A stretch of DNA of 64,000 bases from Dromaius novaehollandiae (Eukaryota). Under the pieces are notes generated by a model. The model made no database searches and was not told the DNA's origin. It was given only the letters and a program-made list of their open reading frames with translations. This document shows, one piece after another, positions 35,260 through 45,999 of this stretch; positions within the stretch are counted from its first letter, which is position 1, and the number at the start of each line of letters is the position of its first letter. Location of the stretch: positions 356,899-420,898 of the forward strand of contig NC_088128.1 of NCBI RefSeq assembly GCF_036370855.1. The letters are read 5' to 3'. Position numbers and translations under genes: made by a program.

Positions 35260-38100
35260 GGTGCCGGGGGGCTTATGGGTGCTGGGGGGGGCCTATGGGT
35301 GCTGGGGGGGCCTAGGGGTGCTGGGGTGGGGGCCTATGGGTGCTGGGGGGGGTCTTACGGGTGGTGGGGACCTGGGGGTCTTCTGGGTGTTGGAGGTCCT
35401 ATGGGTGTTGGAGGTCCTACAGCTGTTGGAGGTCCTACGGGTGCTGGGGGGGTCTTGTGGGTGCTGGGGGGGGTTATGGGTGCTGGGGGGGCCTATGGGT
35501 GCTGGGGGGGGTCTTATGGGTGGTGGGGACCTGGGGGTCTTATGGGTGTTGGAGGTCCTACAGGTACTGGAGATCCTATGGGTGCTGGGGGAGGTCCTAT
35601 GGGTGCTGGGGGGGGCTATGGGTGCTGAGGTAGGTCTTATGGGTGCTGGGCGAGGTCTTATGGGTGCTGGGGGGGTTATGGGTGCTGGGGGGGTCTTACG
35701 GGTGCTGGGGGGGTCTTATGGGTGCTGGGGGGCCTAGGGGTGCTGGGGGGGATTTATGGGTGCTGGGGTGGGGGCCTATGGGTGGTGGGGACCTGGGGGT
35801 CTTCTGGGTGTTGGAGGTCCTATGGGTGTTGGAGGTCCTACGGGTGCTGGGGGGGTCTTATGGGTGCTGGGGGGGGACTTATGGGTGCTGGAGGGGGTTT
35901 ATGGGTGCTGGGGGGGGACTTATGGGTGTTGGGGAGGCCTTATGGGTGGTGGGGACCTGGGAGTCTTCTGGGTGTTGGAGGTCCTATGGGTGTTGGAGGT
36001 CCTACAGGTGTTGGAGGTCCTACGGGTTCTGGGGGGGTCTTATGGGTGCTGGGGGGGTTTATGGGTGCTGGGGGGGGACTTATGGGTGCTGGGGAGGCCT
36101 TATGGGTGGTGGGGACCTGGGGGTCTTCTGGGTGTTGGAGGTCCTACAGGTGCTGGGGGTCCTACGGGTGCTGGGGGGGGTCCTACGGGTGCTGGGGGTC
36201 CTACGGGTGCTGGGGGTCCCAAGGTGCTGAGGTGTTTTGGGTGCTGGTGGTCCCGTGGGTGCTAGGGGTGGGACAAGGGGGTCCCAGGGGTGCAGGGGGG
36301 GTCCCAGGGGGCTCCCAAGGGTGCTGGGTGGTCCCAGGGGCTCCCAGGGGTGCAGGTGGCTCCCACAGGCCCCAGGGGCTCCCGGGGGTCCCATGGGTGC
36401 AAGGGGGGTACCAGGAGGCTCCCAAGGGCTCCCATGGGTGCAGGGGGATCCCAAGAGGTCCCAGGGTCTCCCACGGGTCTCAGGGGCTCCCAAGGGCTCC
36501 CATGGGTGCAGGGGGATCCCAAGAGGTCCCAGGGTCTCCCACGGGTCTCAGGGGCTCCCAAGGGCTCCCATGGGTGCAGGGGGCTCCCGGGGGCACCCAC
36601 GGGTGCAGAGGGGTCCCAAGGGCTCCCATGGGTGCAGGGGGATCCCAGGGGCTCCCAGGGATGCAGGGGGGTCCCAAGAGGTCCCAGGGGCTCCCAAGGG
36701 TGCAGGGGGGTCCCAGAAGGTCCCAGGAGCTCCCACGGGTCTCAGGGGCTCCCAAGGGCTCCCATGGGTGCAGGGGGATCCCAAGAGGTCCCAGGGTCTC
36801 CCACGGGTCTCAGGGGCTCCCAAGGGCTCCCATGGGTGCAGGGGGATCCCAAGAGGTCCCAGGGTCTCCCACGGGTCTCAGGGGCTCCCAAGGGCTCCCA
36901 TGGGTGCAGGGGGCTCCCGGGGGCACCCACGGGTGCAGAGGGGTCCCAAGGGCTCCCATGGGTGCAGGGGGATCCCAGGGGCTCCCAGGGGTGCAGGGGG
37001 GTCCCAAGAGGTCCCAGGGGCTCCCATGGGTGCAGGGGGTTCCCAGGAGGTCCCAGGGGCTCCCAGATGCTCCCAGGAGCTCCCATGGGTGCAGGGGGGT
37101 CCCAAGAGCTCCCAGGAGCTCCCACGGGTCTCAGGGGCTCCCAGGGGCTCCCATGGGTGCAGAGGGGTCCCAAGGGCTCCCATGGGTGCAGAGGGGTCCC
37201 GGGGGCACCCACGGGTGCAGGAGGTCCCAGGTGCTCCCAGATGCTCCCAGGAGCTCCCACGGGTGCAGAGGGCTCCTAAGGGCACCCAGGGGTGCAGGGG
37301 GCTCCCGGGGGCTCCCAGGGGTGCAGGGGGGTCCCAAGAGGTCCCAGGGGCTCCCATGGGTGCAGGGGGTTCCCAGGAGGTCCCAGGGGCTCCCAGATGC
37401 TCCCAGGAGCTCCCATGGGTGCAGGGGGGTCCCAAGAGGTCCCAGGAGCTCCCACGGGTCTCAGGGGCTCCCAAGGGCTCCCACGGGTGCAGAGGGGTCC
37501 CAAGGGCTCCCATGGGTGCAGGGGGGTCCCAGGAGCTCCCATGGGTGCAGAGGGCTCCCGGGGGCACCCACGGGTGCAGAAGAGTCCCAAGGGCTCCCAT
37601 GGGTGCAGGGGGCTCCCGGGGGCACCCAAGGGTGCAGAGGGGTCCCAAGGGCTCCCAGGGGTGCAGGGGGGTCCCAAGAGGTCCCAGGGGCTCCCACGGG
37701 TCTCAGGGGCTCCCAAGGGCTCCCATGGGTGCAGAGGGGTCCCAGGGGCACCCACGGGTGCAGGAGGTCCCAGGTGCTCCCAGATGCTCCCAGGAGCTCC
37801 CACAGGTGCAGGGGGCTCCCAAGGGCACCCATGGGTGCAGGGGGCTCCCGGGGGCACCCAAGGGTGCAGAGGGGTCCCAAGGGCTCCCAGGGGTGCAGGG
37901 GGGTCCCAAGAGGTCCCAGGGGCTCCCACGGGTCTCAGGGGCTCCCAAGGGCTCCCATGGGTGCAGAGGGGTCCCAGGGGCACCCACGGGTGCAGGAGGT
38001 CCCAGGTGCTCCCAGATGCTCCCAGGAGCTCCCACAGGTGCAGGGGGCTCCCAAGGGCACCCAGGGGTGCAGGGGGCTCCCGGGGACACCCAGGGGCGCG
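35260..38100. repeat. Arrays in an MVP intron: (GGGTGCTGGGGGGGTCTTATGG)n, then (GGGTGCAGGGGGCTCCCAAGGGCTCCCATG)n with about 320-bp higher-order repeat
   Basis: Direct reading. These produce the 843-aa and 750-aa artefactual + strand ORFs. Confidence 0.9.
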
Positions 38101-38125
38101 GGGGGGGGACGCCGGGGGGTGGCAC

Positions 38126-38257
38126 CTGTGACGCGGCGGGTGCCCTGGCGGTCGGCGCACTCCTTGCGCGCCCGCAGCCGCACGGCCTGGTTGGGGCCGA
38201 CGACGGTGGCCTGCAGCGTCTCGACCACCTCCACCTCCTTGCGCGGGATGTAGGTGC
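38126..38257 (-). CDS. MVP: MVP coding exon c4: (G)[43 protein letters not shown](G)
   Basis: Acceptor cgccag|GC. Donor ACAG|gtgcca. Matches human '[44 protein letters not shown]'. Confidence 0.9.
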
Positions 38258-38337
38258 CTGGCGGAGGGGGACAGGCGGGGTGTCACCGCCGGGGGCGTCA
38301 CCGGTGTCCCCGAGGTCCCCCGCGTCCCCCCGCCTAC

Positions 38338-38461
38338 CGGGCCCCTCGAAGAGCCACTCGTCGCCGGCCACCACGCGGGTGCCGTCATCGGCCTCGAAGT
38401 CGAGCAGGGCGCGGAGGCGCAGCGCCGTGTCGGCCGGCAGCACCCGCAGCGGCGTCACGTC
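38338..38461 (-). CDS. MVP: MVP coding exon c3: [41 protein letters not shown](G)
   Basis: Acceptor ccccgcag|GAC. Donor CCG|gtaggc. Matches human '[42 protein letters not shown]'. Confidence 0.9.
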
Positions 38462-38499
38462 CTGCGGGGACACGGGGGGACGCGGGTGACGCCGGGCAC

Positions 38500-39960
38500 G
38501 GGGGGACATCGGGGGACGCGGGGGGACGCCGGGGACGGGGGACATTGGGGGATGTGGGGGGACACGGGGTGACACCAATGGGGTGACGTTGAGGGATGCA
38601 GGGATGCGTGGGGATGTGTGGGGACACCAGGGATGGAGGTGACACCAGGGGACATGGGGGGACACCAGGGATGAGGTGACACCAGGGGACACATGAGGAT
38701 GGTGGGTGACACCAAGGATGGAGGTGGCACCAGGAGACATGGGGGGACACCAGGGATGGAGGTGACACCAGGGGACATGGGGGGACACCAGGGATGAGGT
38801 GACACCAGGGGACACATGAGGATGGTGGGTGACACCAAGGATGGAGGTGGCACCAGGAGACATGGGGGGACACCAGGGATGGAGGTGACACCAGGAGACA
38901 TGGGGGGACACCGGGGATGGAGGTGACATCAAGGGACACACGGGGACGGTGGGTGACACCAGGGATGGAGGTGACACCAGGAGACATGGGGGGACACTGG
39001 GGATGGAGGTGACATCAAGGGACACACGGGGACGGTGGGTGACACCAGGGATGGAGGTGACACCAGGGGATATGGGGGGACACCAGGGATGGGGGGCGAC
39101 ACCAGGGATGGGGTGACATTGAGGGATGCAGGGATGCGTGGGGACGTGTGGGGACACCAGGGATGGAGGTGACACCAGGGGACATGGGGGGACACCGGGG
39201 ATGGGGGGCGACACCAGGGATGGGGTGACATTGAGGGATGCAGGGATGCGTGGGGACGTGTGGGGACACCAGGGATGGAGGTGACACCAGGGGATATGGG
39301 GGGACACCAGGGATGGGGGGCGACACCAGGGATGGGGTGACATTGAGGGATGCAGGGATGCGTGGGGACGTGTGGGGACACCAGGGATGGAGGTGACACC
39401 AGGGGACATGGGGGGGACATCAGGGATGGGGTGACATCAAGGGACACATGGGGACATGGGGGGACATCAGGGATGGAGATGACACCAGGGGACATGGGGT
39501 GACACCCTGGGGACATCGGGTGATGCCAGGGATGGGATGACATCAGGGGATGCAGGGACGCATGGGGACACGGGGGGACACCAGGCATGGGGGTGACACC
39601 AGGGAACATGGGGGGACACCAGGGATGGGGTGACATCAAGGGACACATGGGGACGGTGGTTGACACCAGGGATGGAGGTGACACCAGGGGACATGGGGGG
39701 ACACCGGGGATGGGGTGACATCAAGGGACGCATGGAGACATGGGGGTGACGCCAGGGATGGAGATGACACCAGGGGACACGGGGGGACACCAGGGGACAC
39801 AGTGGGACACCAGGGATGGGGTGACATCAAGGGACACATGGGGACAGCTGCGGTGACACCAGGGAGGGAGATGACACCAGGGGACACTGGGTGACACCCT
39901 GAGGACATCGAGTGACCCCAGGGATGGAGGTGACACCAGGGGACACCGGGTGACGCCCTG
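38500..39960. repeat. About 60-bp minisatellite (GGACACCAGGGATGGAGGTGACACCAGGGGACATGGGG) in an MVP intron
   Basis: Direct reading of the sequence. Confidence 0.9.
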
Positions 39961-40399
39961 AGCACCTATAGTAACCCAGAACTACCTAGAAGACCCCAGA
40001 GCCCCTATAGAGACCGTATAGAAACCATGACACTTTTATGAACCTTATAGAAAACCACGTGGAGACAACGTGCCCTATGGGCAACTCCAGACGTGCCATG
40101 GACCCTATAGGACCCATAAGACACTACGGGGTGCCCAGAAGAGCTATAGGGGACAACAGGACCTGGAGAAGCTATAGGAGCCCGGGGGGGGCTAGAGGGG
40201 CCATAGGGGCCCATAGGGGCTATGGGGCACCACGGAAGGTAACACGGGCAATAAGAATCGACAAGACCTATAGATCCTATAGGAGCGTTAAGAAACCACA
40301 GGCCCAAAAAGAGGTTATAGGGGCCATAGTTGGCTATAGGTGCTTGGGAAAACGATGAGCCCTATAGGGACTATAAGCGACAGGGCAAAGGGTGGCTAC

Positions 40400-43090
40400 A
40401 AGAACAACGAGCAGCCGCTGACCCTATAGGGACTATGGAAAAGCCCCTGCTGCAGAGCGGCTGAGGAGGTGGGGCTATAGGGGCCATGAAGGGCCCATAG
40501 GGGCCATGAGGGGACGCTGTAGGGGCTATAGGGGCTATAGGTACCTGCTGGAGCTGCTCGCCGGGGGAGAGGGGGAAGGGCTCCTGGGCCAGGCGCACCT
40601 CCAGGTCGCCGTGGCGCAGCCGCATAGGGGCTATAGGGACCACAAAGGGGCCATAGGGACCAGAAGAAGTGCTATAGGGGCCATAGGGGCTATAGGTACC
40701 TGCTGGAGCTGCTCGCCGGGGGAGAGGGGGAAGGGCTCCTGGGCCAGGCGCACCTCCAGGTCACCAGGGCGCAACCGCATAGGGGCTATAGGGACCACGA
40801 AGGGGCCATAGGGACCAGAAGAAGTGCTATAGGGGCCACAGGGGCTATAGGTACCTGCTGGAGCTGCTCGCCGGGGGAGAGGGGGAAGGGCTCCTGGGCC
40901 AGGCGCACCTCCAGGTCACCAGGGCGCAGCCGCATAGGGGCTATAGGGACCACAAAGGGGCCATAGGGACCAGAAGAAGTGCTATAGGGGCCATAGGGGC
41001 TATAGGTACCTGCTGGAGCTGCTCGCCGGGGGAGAGGGGGAAGGGCTCCTGGGCCAGGCGCACCTCCAGGTCACCAGGGCACAGCCGCATAGGGGCTATA
41101 GGGATCATGTGGGTGCCATAGGGACTGCGGGGGGAGGCTATAGGGGCCATAGGGGCTATAGGTACCTGCTGGAGCTGCTCGCCGGGGGAGAGGGGGAAGG
41201 GCTCCTGGGCCAGGCGCACCTCCAGGTCACCAGGGCGCAGCCGCATAGGGGCTATAGGGACCACAAAGGGGCCATAGGGACCAGAAGAAGTGCTATAGGG
41301 GCCATAGGGGCTATAGGTACCTGCTGGAGCTGCTCGCCGGGGGAGAGGGGGAAGGGCTCCTGGGCCAGGCGCACCTCGAGGTCACCGTGGCGCAGCCGCA
41401 TAGGGGCTATAGGGACCACGAAGGGGCCGTAGGGACCAGAAGAAGCGCTATAGGTGCTATAGGGGCTATAGGTACCTGCTGGAGCTGCTCGCCGGGGGAG
41501 AGGGGGAAGGGCTCCTGGGCCAGGTGCACCTCCAGGTCACCAGGGCACAGCCGCATAGGGGCTATAGGGACCACGAAGGGGCCGTAGGGACCAGAAGAAG
41601 TGCTATAGGTGCTATAGGGGCTATAGGTACCTGCTGGAGCTGCTCGCCGGGGGAGAGGGGGAAGGGCTCCTGGGCCAGGCGCACCTCCAGGTCACCAGGG
41701 CGCAGCCGCGTAGGGGCTATAGGGACCACGAAGGGGCCATAGGGACCAGAAGAAGTGCTATAGGTGCTATAGGGGCTATAGGTACCTGCTGGAGCTGCTC
41801 GCCGGGGTAGAGGGGGAAGGGCTCCTGGGCCAGGCGCACCTCCAGGCCGCCGTGGCGCAGCCGCATAGGGGCTATAGGGACCACGAAGGGGCCGTAGGGA
41901 CCAGAAGAAGTGCTATAGGGGCCATAGGGGCTATAGGTACCTGCTGGAGCTGCTCGCCGGGGGAGAGGGGGAAGGGCTCCTGGGCCAGGCGCACCTCGAG
42001 GTCACCGTGGCGCAGCCGCATAGGGGCTATAGGGACCACGAAGGGACCATAGGGACCAGAAGAAGTGCTATAGGGGCCATAGGGGCTATAGGTACCTGCT
42101 GGAGCTGCTCGCCGGGGTAGAGGGGGAAGGGCTCCTGGGCCAGGCGCACCTCCAGGTCACCGTGGCGCAGCCGCATAGGGGCTATAGGGACCACGAAGGG
42201 GCCGTAGGGACCAGAAGAAGTGCTATAGGTGCTATAGGGGCTATAGGTACCTGCTGGAGCTGCTCGCCGGGGTAGAGGGGGAAGGGCTCCTGGGCCAGGC
42301 GCACCTCCAGGTCACCAGGGCGCAGCCGCATAGGGGCTATAGGGACCACGAAGGGGCCATAGGGACCAGAAGAAGCGCTATAGGTGCTATAGGGGCTATA
42401 GGTACCTGCTGGAGCTGCTCGCCGGGGGAGAGGGGGAAGGGCTCCTGGGCCAGGCGCACCTCGAGGTCACCGTGGCGCAGCCGCATAGGGGCTATAGGGA
42501 CCACGAAGGGGCCATAGGGACCAGAAGAAGCGCTATAGGTGCTATAGGGGCTATAGGTACCTGCTGGAGCTGCTCGCCGGGAGAGAGGGGGAAGGGCTCC
42601 TGGGCCAGGCACACCTCCAGGTCACCGTGGCGCAGCCGCATAGGGGCTATAGGGACCACGAAGGGGCCATAGGGGACCAGAAGAAGTGCTATAGGGGCCA
42701 CAGGAGCTATAGGTACCTGCTGGAGCTGCTCGCCGGGGGAGAGGGGGAAGGGCTCCTGGGCCAGGCGCACCTCCAGGTCACCGTGGCGCAGCCGCATAGG
42801 GGCTATAGGGACCACGAAGGGGCCGTAGGGACCAGAAGAAGCGCTATAGGTGCTATAGGGGCTATAGGTACCTGCTGGAGCTGCTCGCCGGGGTAGAGGG
42901 GGAAGGGCTCCTGGGCCAGGCGCACCTCGAGGTCACCGTGGCGCAGCCGCATAGGGGCTATAGGGACCACGAAGGGGCCATAGGGACCAGAAGAAGTGCT
43001 ATAGGGGCCATAGGGGCTATAGGTACCTGCTGGAGCTGCTCGCCGGGGTAGAGGGGGAAGGGCTCCTGGGCCAGGCGCACCTCGAGGTCA
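40400..43090. repeat. 135-bp tandem array of about 19 copies in the MVP intron downstream of exon c2. Each unit is the last 85 or so nt of exon c2 ([26 protein letters not shown]) plus the CAGCAG|gtacct donor plus about 50 nt of intron.
   Basis: Unit 'gggctataggtacctgctggagctgctcgccgggggagagggggaagggctcctgggccaggcgcacctccaggtcaccgtggcgcagccgcatagg...'. The authentic exon is at 43027-43222. Confidence 0.9.
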
Positions 43091-43222
43091 CCGTGGCGCA
43101 GCCGGGCCTGGCCGGCGCCGTCGAGCAGCGTCTCCCCGCCGGGCGCCCGGGCGGCCGGGTGCAGCACCACGCAGTAGTGCCGCGCCGGCACCGTCACCAT
43201 GCGCGCCGGCGCGAACACCACC
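43027..43222 (-). CDS. MVP: MVP coding exon c2: (R)[65 protein letters not shown]
   Basis: Acceptor ctatag|G (the repeat motif ctatag serves as the 3' splice site). Donor CAGCAG|gtacct. Matches human '[20 protein letters not shown]...[28 protein letters not shown]'. Confidence 0.85.
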
Positions 43223-43229
43223 CTATAGC

Positions 43230-45800
43230 GGGGTGCTCTATAGGGTCCCGGCGACGGCCCCCGGGCCTCTGGGGAGCACGCCGAGCCCCCCCGGCACCCC
43301 CCGGGGCCCTATAGAGCCCCCACGGCCCTATAGAGCCCCCCAGTACCCCCCACACCGTATGAGCCCCTATGGCCCTATAGGGTCCTCCAGCACCCCCCAC
43401 ACTCCACAGAGCCCCCAGCACCCCCTAGGAACCTGTAGAGGCCCCACGGCCCTATAGAGCCCCCCAGCACCCCCCACACCTACAGAGCCCCCATGGCTCT
43501 ATAGGGTCCTCCAGCACCCCCCACACCCTATAGAGCCCCCATGGCTCTACAGGATCCTCCAGCACCCCCCACACCCTATAGAGCCCTCATGGTCCTATAG
43601 GGTCGCCCAGCACCCCCCACACCCTATAGAGCCCCCAGCACCCCCTATGGGCCTATAGAGACCCCCAGCACCCCTTGGGGCCCTATAGAGCCTCCATAGA
43701 CATATAAAGCCCCCAGCACCCCTACGGCCCTGTAGAGTTCTCCAGCACCCCTATGCACCCTATAGAGCCCCCAGCACCCCCCTAGGGACCTATAGAGCCC
43801 CCCAGCACCCTCCCACGCCCTATAGAGCCCTCATGGTCCTATAGGGTCCCCCAGCACCCCCTACGGCCCTGTAGAGCCCCCATGGTCCTATAGGGTCCCC
43901 CAGCACCCCCCACACCCTATAGAGCCCCCAGCACCCCCTACAGCCCTATAAAGCACGTAGCACCCCCTATGGATCTATAGAGCCTCCCAGCACCCCCTAT
44001 GGACCTGTAGAGCCTCCCAGCACCCCCCACACCCTACAAAGGCCCCAGCACCCCCTAAGGACCTATGAAGCGCCCAGCACACTCCCAGGCCCTATAGAGC
44101 TCTCATGGCCCTATAGAGCCCCCAGCACTCCCTATAGACATATAGAGCATCCCAGCACCCCCTGGAGCCCGATAGAGCCCCCACGGCCCTATAGAGCCCC
44201 CAGAACCCCCTATGGACATACAGAGCGTCCCAGCACCCCCTGAGGCCCTATAGAGCCTCCCAGCACCTCCTATGGACCTATAGAGCCCCCAGCACCCCCC
44301 ACGGACCTGTAGAGCCCCCCAGCACCCCCCACACCCTACAAAGCCCCCAGCACCCCCTATGGGCCTATAGAGCCTCCCAGCACCCCCTGGGGCCCTATAG
44401 AGCCCCCATGGACCCATAGAGCCCCCCATACCCTCTAGGGACCTATAGAGCCCCCCAGCACCCTCCCAGGCCCTATAGAACCCCCACAGCTTTACAGGGC
44501 CCCCAGCACCCGCTAGGGACCTGTAGAGCCCCCCAGCACCCCCCAGGGCCCTATAGAGCCCTCACAACCCTATAGGGCCCCCAGCACCCCCTATGGCCCT
44601 GTAGAGCCCTCCAGCACCCTCCCAGGGCCCTATAGAGCCCCCCACAGTTCTATAAGGCCCCCACCACTCCCTATGGACCTATAGAGCCCCCCAGCACCCC
44701 ACACCCTATAGAGCCTCCACAGCCCTATAGGGCCCCCAGCACCCCCATATGGACCTGTAGAGCCCCCCAGCACCCTCAACACCCTACAGAGCCCCCAGCA
44801 CCCCCTAGGGACCTATAGAGCCTCCCAGCATCCCCCGGGGCCCTATAGAGCCCCCACGGCCCTGCAGAGCCCCCCAGCACCCCCTACACCCTATAGAGCC
44901 CCCAGGACCCCCTATGGACCTATAGAGCTCCCCAGCACCCCTCGGGGCCCTATAGAGCCCCCACAGCCCCCCAGCACCCCCCACCCCCTATAGAGCCCCC
45001 AACACTCTCCTGGCCCTATACAGGCCCTACAGAGCCCCCTAGCACCCCCCATGGCCCTATAGAGCCCCCACAGCCCTACAGGCCCCCCAACAACTCCTAT
45101 AGCCCTACAGAGCCCCCCTAACACCCTCCAGGCTCTATAGGGACCCCACAGGCCTATACAGCCCTCAACACCTCCCACGGCCCTACAGAGCCCCCCAGCA
45201 CCCCCTACGGCCCTATAGAGCCCCCATGACCCTATAGGGTCCCCAACACCCCCCATGGCCCAATAGAGCCCCCACAGCCCTATAGAGACCCCACTCCCCC
45301 ATAGAGACCCCAACCCCCTCCTGGGCCCTATAGGGACCCCACAGCTCCATAGAGCTCCCCAACACCCCCCACAGCCCTATAGGGTGGCCACGGCCCTATA
45401 GAGCCCCCTCGGCCCCACAGAGCCCCCAACCCCCCCCAATGGCATCCCCACAGCCCTATAGAGCCCTATAGGAGCCCCACAGCCCCAAAGAATCCCTTAA
45501 CACCCCCAAAACCCTATAGAAACCCCAAACTCCTATAGAAGTACCTTATCATTATATAGTGTTCTATAGGGCCTACCCTCAGCCCCATAGAGTCCTATAT
45601 GGCCTCCTACAGCCCCCCATGGCCCTATAGAGCCCCCTATAGGGTCCCCCACAGCCCCACAGAGACCTTGCGGACGTCAGCGGGGGGGGGAAACCACGCT
45701 ATAGACCCGGCCCCCCTGTCCCCTATAGGCCTCCCTGTCCCCTATAGACCTCCCCCGTGTCCTAGAGACCTCCCCGTGCCCCATAGCCCCGCCCCGTGCC
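43230..45800. repeat. About 40-bp minisatellite (CCCTATAGAGCCCCCAGCACCCCC) in the MVP intron between c1 and c2
   Basis: Direct reading. The 'ctatag' motif is shared with arrays at 29130-30800, 40400-43090 and 53400-55500. Confidence 0.9.
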
Positions 45801-45835
45801 CTATAGCCCCGCGCCGGGGGCCCTATAGCACCCAC

Positions 45836-45959
45836 CTCTCGTGGTCCTGGCGGATGTAGGTGAGGGGCCCGACCTCCACGCGGGTGACGTTGGAGTTGAG
45901 GTCCAGCACGTGGATGTAGTGGTAGGGCGGGATGCGGATGACGGGGTCCTCCGTGGGGC
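45836..45959 (-). CDS. MVP: MVP first recognisable coding exon (c1, 5' edge and initiator unresolved): ...[40 protein letters not shown](R)
   Basis: Donor AG|gtgggt at complement 45835/45834. Matches the human N-terminus '[39 protein letters not shown]'. There is no in-frame ATG in or just upstream of this exon, so the start codon is probably in a short upstream exon. Confidence 0.7.
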
Positions 45960-45999
45960 AGCCGGGGGGCGGGCGGGCGCCCCGGGTGAACGGGAGGTC

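Noticed and set aside
35722-38489. 843-aa and 750-aa + strand ORFs with a G-x-x-rich, collagen-like look ([17 protein letters not shown]...)
   Set aside because: This is not a strict Gly-X-Y periodicity. It is generated by the 27-bp (GGGTGCAGGGGGCTCCCAAGGGCTCCCATG)n array in an MVP intron, antisense to MVP, and has no splice structure.
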